From Octopus sinensis (taxonomy: Eukaryota): DNA of 28,706 bases. Every line of letters begins with the position of its first letter. Position 1 is the first letter of the stretch. Where the stretch lies: positions 1-28,706 of the forward strand of contig NW_021833503.1 of assembly GCF_006345805.1 (NCBI RefSeq). The letters are read 5' to 3'. The position numbers were made by a program, and so were the translations under genes. Under the pieces are notes generated by a model. The model was given only the letters and a program-made list of their open reading frames with translations, was not told the origin of the DNA and did no database searches. Below, in pieces: positions 21,181-28,706 of this stretch.

Positions 21181-23204
21181 TTACGTGTCTCTGTTCTCTC
21201 ATAGCGTAAGAATTGCATTGAAGTCCAACTTGATATATTCACCGTATTCAGCAAAAGTGAAATATCTTAGCAGAAAGTCAAGGCTTTGCTGCTACCACTA
21301 CTACTATTATAATCTGCACTGATACCATTAAAAGTACTGAGACATGGTTTGGTGTAGATACAGCCAGAAATATCGGCGCAAAAGAGCAAATCTAAAGAAC
21401 TTAATGTAGGTTTTACTAATCTAATTCCCGCCAGTCGATTAAATTATCAATCTAATCTTAGATCTGCGAGATTATTTAATAATTTTCATTCTTAACTATG
21501 GGAAAATATCTTTTTGTATGCCTTTCTTGATTGGGAAAGGAAAAGTTTTATGTCCGAATAGAAGAAAGAATATCAAGAACGATTGTAGCTAGAAATTCGT
21601 CATCAACTATTATCGGGAATAGAAAAGTGAGGTATTTTATAGTCTTTTAATATCACTTTGTTGCTGTACTATATTATTCAGCCGAATCGTTCATTCACAA
21701 TACTCAAATGCTGCTTCTTCTCACAGGAAGGCCATCAGAGTATTGATAGTAAAATACAACCTCACATTAATGCATGAATAGTTCTTCTTCTAACAGATAA
21801 GATAAGTAATATACAGACTAAAGCTTTAGAATATGAATTATATTATTGTCACGAATATTTCTCAGATGTTTAACTACGGCACCAGCTATGAAACTATTGT
21901 TTGAGGTCTGCGATTCTATATTATTTATTATTATGTTTTATTTTTATTTTAGATTTTGTTTTTGTTTACTTCTCTTTCTTTCTGTTTTCCTTTTTTTTTT
22001 CCTTTTTTCTTTTTCTGTCTCAGATGTTTTTAGCTATGAAACAAGCCTGTGACATTAACTGACCAGTCGTTTGAGCTGCAGTATTTACGACAGTATTTTA
22101 TTTATTATATTCCTCATTGATATGATTTTAAAGAAATTATGATATTTTAAAATCTTTTCCAAGGACTTTCAGCCTGTTATCTCTCCATATTCTCATTACA
22201 TACTTGTGATAAGAAAGCCAGAGTGAAAAACGGCAAAAACATTAGTTTATCGCTAAATAAGGTTTTGTACTAGTAGAACAAATAAAACTAACAGTCAAAT
22301 TTCAGTGTGTATTGTAAGTATACGTTAGTACTCCGACCTATTAAATAGTGTCACAACTATAGAATAAAAAAAAGAGCCTCTTTCCATTTTTTTTCTTTTT
22401 TCTCCCCCAACAAAAGCATTTTTATGAATAAGTTCATCTCTTATCTATATGTGAAGCACATTGTTATTAATTTTTCATTTTGTTTTGCACATAATTCGAG
22501 AGACTCTACCCGACCTCTTACAAAATCTATCTTTATTTATTTGTACGTATATTCAACTCTACCTTATTATATAGACTTCTTTTCTACTTATTTTCATCGA
22601 ACAAAAATAAAGTTTTTTTCTTAAAGTAAAAACTTTTTCGTACGATCACTTATCTCTCCACTATCTCCCCCTATTCTCACTTTCTCCTACTCTCTTCACA
22701 CACACACACATACCACATATGTAAGTACGCGCGTGTCTGCGTGTGTGTTGAATCCTGGTTCAGCAGTTATATTTCTTATCACTCAGTAGCTATCTTTGCT
22801 TTCATTCTCTACAATAACGGTTTCCACCGCGTCTTTTGTCTATGTATATGTTTATGCGTAATATGTATACAGACCTATGATGACGTGTGTATTTATGCAT
22901 TTGTTTCTGTGTAAATGTGTGTGGTGTGTGTGTGTGTGTGTGGGTGTGTGTGTGTTTTATGCAGAGAGAAAGGGAGAGACAGAGAGGTAGAGAGACAGTG
23001 ACAGAAACAAGCAGAGAGAGAGAGACGCGTAGACAACAGCGTTGTCAAGTTAACGGAGTTCTAGTTTCAATCCCTCTCCGCGTGATATCATGACGTTTTC
23101 TAATGAAGGTTTGGGTTGACCAGCACCTTCGAGTTGAATTCAATAATAGGAATTATGTCAGTGTCTTTGCATGTATGTGTGCATGTATGTGTGTTTGTAT
23201 TTGG

Positions 23205-23364
23205 GGCCGAATTAAGATTAAGATTAATGTAAAAAATAAATATCACTGAAGCAAAATAACACCAAATATATAGTGCGTGTGTTTTTATTGGCTAAACTGG
23301 CAATATGACCATTCCGAAATATAACAATATCTGTTTCAACACACGACTTCACATAAAATCTTGC

Positions 23365-23368
<4 letters not shown>
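23205..23368 (+). repeat. Dispersed direct copy (~95% identical) of 16607-16772
   Basis: GGCCGAAwTAAGATTAAGATTAATG...AATCTTGCACAA, with about 3 substitutions and 3 small indels; both copies are followed by (TA)n. Confidence 0.92.
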
Positions 23369-23421
<53 letters not shown>

Positions 23422-23860
23422 TATATATATGTGTGTGGTGTGTGTGTGTGTGGTTGTGTATGTATGGATACGGGCAATAAGTGAGTCTACATAAGCTCAG
23501 TATAGAAAGCAAACAGTAATGATCAAAAGATTTGAACTTAAACTCCTCATTCTTTATCTGGGAGAATGCTCACGGCTTCAAGAATGGTTGTAAGAGAAAT
23601 TCAAGGCAAGTGATATGAAGGTAGTGATGTGGATAAGAAAAATTATGCTTGACATGTATATATATATATGCATATATATCATTGAATAGGTTGGACATTT
23701 ATTTATAATCACTACAGAAAACTCAACGCAAATCTGGCAGTACTACTGGATAGCACCAGGTGAAATCTGAAGGTGGGCGAACTTGTACTGTACTCTAAGA
23801 TGTGTGTGTGTGTGTGTGTGTGGTGTGTGTGTGTGTGTGTGTTGTGTGTGTGTGTTTACA

Positions 23861-25096
23861 CAGAGTGCGTAACATTTGAGAACAGATTTTATGTTTATAT
23901 AAAAGAAACAGATATATAATAACGGATAATAAAATGTTTTCTCAAAAAATGCTATGAGGATAAAAATAACCTTATCTATAATGTTATTCAATAAAGTCAC
24001 CTTCAGCTTCAACGATTGCTTCTATGCGAGATCTAAATCACCTACGTGCTCCGAATCAAGTGGTCCTGGTTCATTTTGGACATTACTCTGACTATGGCAG
24101 CCTTCAAAGAATCTTTGATATTATGAGCATGTTCATTGACCTCTCTCTCAAGAACGCTCCACATGTAATAGTGCAATGGATTGAGATCTAGGGAATTAGG
24201 AGGCCAAATGTTAGGGGTTATGTGATTATGAAAATTTTCAGCCTTCCACTCCTGTGTTACTAGAGCCATGTGTGATAGCGTAGAGTCTTACTAAAACACA
24301 TATGGCCTTCCATTGCTTACACTGACTATCCAGGGCTTAACAATTATTTCTAGGGCCTTAGTGTAGGCGGCAGAGTTAACTCAAGGACCTTGTGGTAAGA
24401 AGTAAGGGAAGGGGCTTCACATGTTCTTCATTGCTGACAACCCCTAAAACCATGACAGTTGTAGGAAACTTTGCATGCATGACACTTGGAACTTCAGAAG
24501 GGTCTGCACATAAGCATCTGTTATTTCTTCTGTTAACCTTTTGATCTTGGTCGAAGTTTTTCTCATTTGAGAAAAACCAAATCAAATCTGCTGGATTTTT
24601 CAGTCTTTTTAAGAACGTTTTAGATCTGATATTGGGATTTTCTTTTGCTTTTTCTGGCAAACTGACCTTATATATGATGTCTTCGTGGACAACGTTTCTG
24701 ACTGCTTCTTCTGACACATGGAGATATTTTGCAATAGACCTCATGGACTTTGTAATCAATGGTCTGTTGAATTTGCTGGATAAATTCAGGTGTTCTGATG
24801 ATTTCAGAGTGTTTAGACTGCTTTTTACGCTTTGATACTGGGGAAACATTTCCATCTTCAGTGTCTAGCTCTTTACAAACTTTGAAGACGAAAGCACAGG
24901 CAACTTTAAATAATCGAGATATTTCTAAATCGCTATGCTCAAACTTTATAACCACAATAACAGCATGCCTCTTCATTTCTTGAGTTAGCTGAGGGTCTGC
25001 CTTTATTGTTTTCTGAAACAAAGATTATACAGAGTCAGCAAAAAACTGCAGCAATGACCCGAAAACGTTATGACCTCAAATAACTTACGCATCCTG
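23861..25096 (-). mobile_element. Decayed near-full-length maT (DD37D, Tc1/mariner superfamily) DNA transposon; transposase pseudogene 24976 to 23984
   Basis: MKRHAVIV..., WFFSNEKNFDQDQK, VF**DSTLSH (QQD), WPPNSLDLNPLHYY, FRSRIEAIVEAEGDFIE*. There are 37 residues between the second D and the third catalytic position (here H). Eroded TIRs: CAGAGTGCGTAACATTTGAG (23861-80) and CTCAAATAACTTACGCATCCTG (25075-96). Confidence 0.88.
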
Positions 25097-25114
25097 AATA
25101 TATACATATATATC

Positions 25115-25497
25115 GTGAAGTATATTTGCCACCTAAATGTGGCTGACCCATAGGAGACGACGCTACTGTTGTTTATAGCCCCAGGAAAACATCTCCTACA
25201 GCTGGCTATCGACACACCGTCTGTGCCCGATCAATGATTGCCACACGCTGATGATGGGTTACTACCCAGAAACTCGGGTCTGTGTGTATCAGGTAAGGCT
25301 AGAGATGGCAACGATGATTTCCCTTCGCAAATACTGATCGGGCAACAAAGAGTGCGTCGTTAGCCAGCTGGAGATATATTTCTGAGGCTATAAACTACAG
25401 TAGCATCGTTCCCTATGGGTCACCTACATTTTGGTGGCTAATATACTTCACAATGTCGTGCTGCTACTGTTTATATTTCGCTCAGAGATTTATTATT
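25115..25497 (+). mobile_element. Foldback element E2: ~126-bp imperfect inverted repeats (25115-25241 / 25327-25451) around a hammerhead
   Basis: Hand alignment gives ~20 mismatches and 2 gaps over ~128 columns (~81%). The terminus 25460-25497 is the reverse complement of the E1 terminus at 34/38. Confidence 0.78.
25235..25291 (+). ncRNA. Type I minimal hammerhead ribozyme with intact catalytic core
   Basis: Stem I CACACG/TGTGTG; CUGAUGA (25248-54); stem II TGGGT/ACCCA with UACU loop; GAAA (25269-72); near-palindromic stem III ACTCGGGT; GUC at 25278-80; stem I extension TGAT/ATCA. Confidence 0.85.
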
Positions 25498-25829
25498 GTA
25501 TATATATTTTTTCTCTCCTTGTTTTTTTCTGGTCGGACGCTAGTCAAATGGGCTCCACGTAAGTTGGCCACGTTTACACTCCTTATTGTGAAATATTTTG
25601 TTTTTAAACGTTGTGCAAGATTATTCACTAAAAGACCTGGGAATGTTTCACGTAGAATTCCGCCCCTGTATGGACGAAATTACCAAAAGTTTCCAAACTT
25701 TCGTGGTTTCTTTTTAGCCATTTTTCATTTTGAAAATGGGATTCAAAGGAATACGTTAGTTGGTGGCATAAATTTGGCACAGTCCAACTACGTTTCCACA
25801 ATGAAAATCTAGCGAAACGATTTTCCACA

Positions 25830-27008
25830 TTGGATCTGCATACAGATGACTTGGTGATGGTACTAACTTATTTAGGCCAGAGGGTGACGGAAGTCACAAT
25901 AAAAGATGTACCACCTGAAGTCGAAATACAATGGCTAGTCTCTGCCATCTGCTTTGAAATGGCAGAGGCAAACATTCTTGAAATCGCTGTTTTACAACAG
26001 AGAAACTGGGTGGGAAATTCAATTCAATTACTCCTTCAGTTGGATGAAACAACAAGAGAAAAGATACCAACCACTATAGAACTGCCAGAAGGCTACAAAC
26101 TCTATGTAGTGGTAGAGGGCAGGCGACCACGTTGCTATCTGTGCGGAAGTGAAGCACATTCAAAAAAGAAGTGTCCAACCACTGCAAAACAAGAGCAACA
26201 ACAACAACCACTACTACAACCAAAACACTCCGAGAAAAAAGCACTACTACCCACATACCGTCAACACCGAAGACGACAAGAGAAGCACATCAAGCAAATC
26301 CATCAATAATCAAAAATAATACAACACCTGAGAAAATACCTGAGAAAATACCAACATCACCAACAACAGCAAGAACTAAAGGAACAGAAAAACAAAAGAA
26401 AATATACAAAAACTGATTCCCCATCCCCTATACCGCACTCACCACACACAAACACTCAACAATCAACAGCAACGAAAACAACAACACAACCACTTACACA
26501 GCCATACATAGAAGCCTACAACATACCCCTACCCCCTTCTGATTCCTCAGAAAATTCGTCAGAAGACGAAACCAGCGAGGAATGGCAAATAGTTAGAAAA
26601 AGAAGGAAAAAAAAGAGCAGTAAAACAACCAAACCAAATACAAGCACAAACAAAGCAGGGGGATATACACCTCCCGAAGACATTTCGAAGCCCACCACAA
26701 ACAACAGCCACACCAAAACACAAAAATATGTGCAGCAAACATGCTCACACCAAAAACACAAATTTGATGGAATACATCAAATAAAAAAAACAAACATAAC
26801 TGATGACATAAAAGCAAACTATCACCCATACACAACACCTCCGGATCACATCAAAATACTATATATATCCAGAAGTCTGCACCATACACTAAAAGGTATT
26901 TTCCCCAGTGCGGTTGGTAAATGCCAAAAATATCTCACAAAGAAACTGTACTGGGATCTCCTCGAGGACAAACCAAAGGAGGAGAAAGCAAAAACTTTCG
27001 AACAGTAA
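25830..27008 (+). pseudogene. ORF1 (gag-like, CCHC zinc knuckle) of an L1/Tx1-like LINE; 5'-truncated and frameshifted
   Basis: KLYVVVEGRRPRCYLCGSEAHSKKKCP (CX2CX4HX4C), followed by an A/C-rich low-complexity linker; ends 44 nt before the ORF2 ATG. Confidence 0.75.
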
Positions 27009-27052
27009 GTAACCCTCTGTTCCTTTCCCTTGTATTCTAATTCATTAGGATT

Positions 27053-28706
27053 ATGGTCAAGACTGATTGTGAAAATGCGCGTGGGTTGGGGTCCCCTTAG
27101 AAACAAGGGTACCTCTTAAATGACATAAAGTCACACAAGTTAGAAATCATAACCATAAGTGAGACCAGACTCCACAATCCGCGGGCCCTAAAGACCATGT
27201 TTGGCGGACAGTTCAACATTTATTTTCCACCCTGTCCGCCGAGAATGGGACGTAGTGGCACCGCGGTACTTTTTCGCAAGAGTCCGGATCTCAAAGTAAA
27301 GACAATATTCGTAGACCCGGAGGGTAGAATGGTCGTCCTGGGTGTCGACGGAAGCAATGGGTTCTCTTTTCGACTCGTATCAGTCTACGCACCTCCTTTA
27401 ACAGGTCGGGCGGATTTCTTTCAACGTCTAGAAGTATTCCTGGGAACGTCTCATCCTTTACTCTTAGTAGGGAATTGGAATGTTATCTTGGACACGCATG
27501 TAGACTACGTGGGCAGAGATAGGAATAGACGGGAATGCAAATGCCTCAGAGACCTGTTCAGACGCTTTCAACTGTCTGACAGGTACCGACTAGACCACCC
27601 GAATGCGCCAACGTGGACATGGAGCAAACGCATCGGGTCGTCGAGATAGTATCTAGATAGGATATTGTGTAGGACAGTAGAGATAGCGTAGGATGTCCAC
27701 AATTCCACATAGTCAGCTACACGGATCACAAACGTGTGACATGTATTCTAGACTTAGGTAAGACACATAGGCAGGGTCCCGGATACTGGAAACTAAACGC
27801 GTCTTTCCCATCGAGACAGGTTTTCAGAGACCGGATTAGCACACTAGTAAAGAGGGCTTTGACGGGAGCCATCATCAACAACAAATGGTGGTTCGCCCTC
27901 AAGAGAGCAATAAAAGCAGAAGCGATTAGGTACAGCAAAGCACTACCCATATATAGAAACACAGTAGAGGGTGAGCTAGTTAAGAATCTAGAAGAGGCAA
28001 TTAGAAGCGGCATCGCATCCGACTTTTGGGCGGCGAGGTTGGCCCTCGACCAACACTTCAACGCCAAGCACGGAGGGTGTGTTGTCAGAGCTATGATGCG
28101 TGCTCTAAGGAACGAAAGTATTGGAGCCGCGCGAGAGGCCCAGGTGGAAGAGGCGCAACAGGGCAACAATACCACTATTCGGTCTCTGGTAAATGAACAT
28201 CTATCGAGACCTTTCGACATTGCACGTTCGATCATTCTATACGTATTGACTCTCGAGCCATTATTGCGGAAGCTGGCAACTCTGAGGGGCATACCGCGAG
28301 AATTGGGATGCGGGACGAGCGTGTCTGCATACGCAGACGACGTCACCGTCATAGTGTGTAGCCACGAGCACAGCGACCTGGTCAGCGAGACACTGAAAGA
28401 CTTCGAAGCGGTGACAGGAGCGAATTCAACCGGGAAAAGTCAGTGGTCTTGCGGCTCGGCACCTGGAGAAGCATGCCCATGCCGCCCACCAGTGCCTCCG
28501 TCGTGGGACGCTAGACCGACGGTCCGGTCGAGTTGCTCGGGGTCTGGTTTGGTCCGGATCCAAACGGATAAGAACTGGAACGAGATAACGAGTAGGGTGG
28601 TCACTCTCGCCCGGCAATGGGCCGAGTGGAAAACTGTCCCTAAATGGTCGGGCGGAGGTGGCGAACTCGTAACATTCGCGTCCGTCATTTACTCTCGCCT
28701 GACCGT
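27053..28706 (+). pseudogene. ORF2 (APE endonuclease + RT) of an L1/Tx1-like LINE; premature stops, frameshifts and large internal deletion; continues past the window
   Basis: ENARGL, ITISET, LVSVYAP, LVGNWNVILD, YLDRIL, SYTDHK, GPGYWKLNAS, LYVLTLEPLL and SAYADDVTV (YADD at 28330-41). TAG stops at 27098 and 27647. Confidence 0.92.

Noticed and set aside
25540-25825. Unique-looking segment between E2 and the Tx1 ORF1
   Set aside because: Probably another repeat fragment, but no motif could be identified in any frame.
5067-26806. Other CTGANGA heptamers (e.g. 5067, ~24795, 26800 and antisense 5331)
   Set aside because: They lack the stem II plus GAAA plus NUH geometry and are expected by chance.

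Overview
AT-rich, microsatellite- and transposon-dense eukaryotic DNA with no recognisable host gene, RNA gene or CRISPR array. The SINE families and repeat landscape resemble an Octopus (coleoid cephalopod) genome; this is an inference from recalled repeat sequences, not a database result. All confidently identifiable coding sequence is decayed transposon. Retroelements: an R4/Dong-type RT fragment (1-865, -); three pieces of L1/Tx1-like LINE, including an internally deleted copy at 25830-28706; a Penelope-like RT + GIY-YIG remnant (12330-13624, -); and an RTE 3' end with three C2H2 fingers. DNA transposons: a mariner (DD34D-type), a maT (DD37D) and a 240-bp Tc1/mariner deletion derivative. 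About nine tRNA-derived SINE copies are also present. The most interesting signal is two related ~380-520 bp foldback elements (18055-18571 and 25115-25497). Each carries a type I minimal hammerhead ribozyme between long inverted repeats. They share a 34/38-nt terminus, colinear internal blocks and a covarying stem I. One ribozyme has an intact core and the other has a G8A change. Two further degenerate hammerheads occur at ~16565 and ~18840. Hammerheads in Penelope pseudo-LTRs are known; whether this ORF-less foldback form is a distinct mobile family cannot be decided from this window. All identities and structures were counted by hand.
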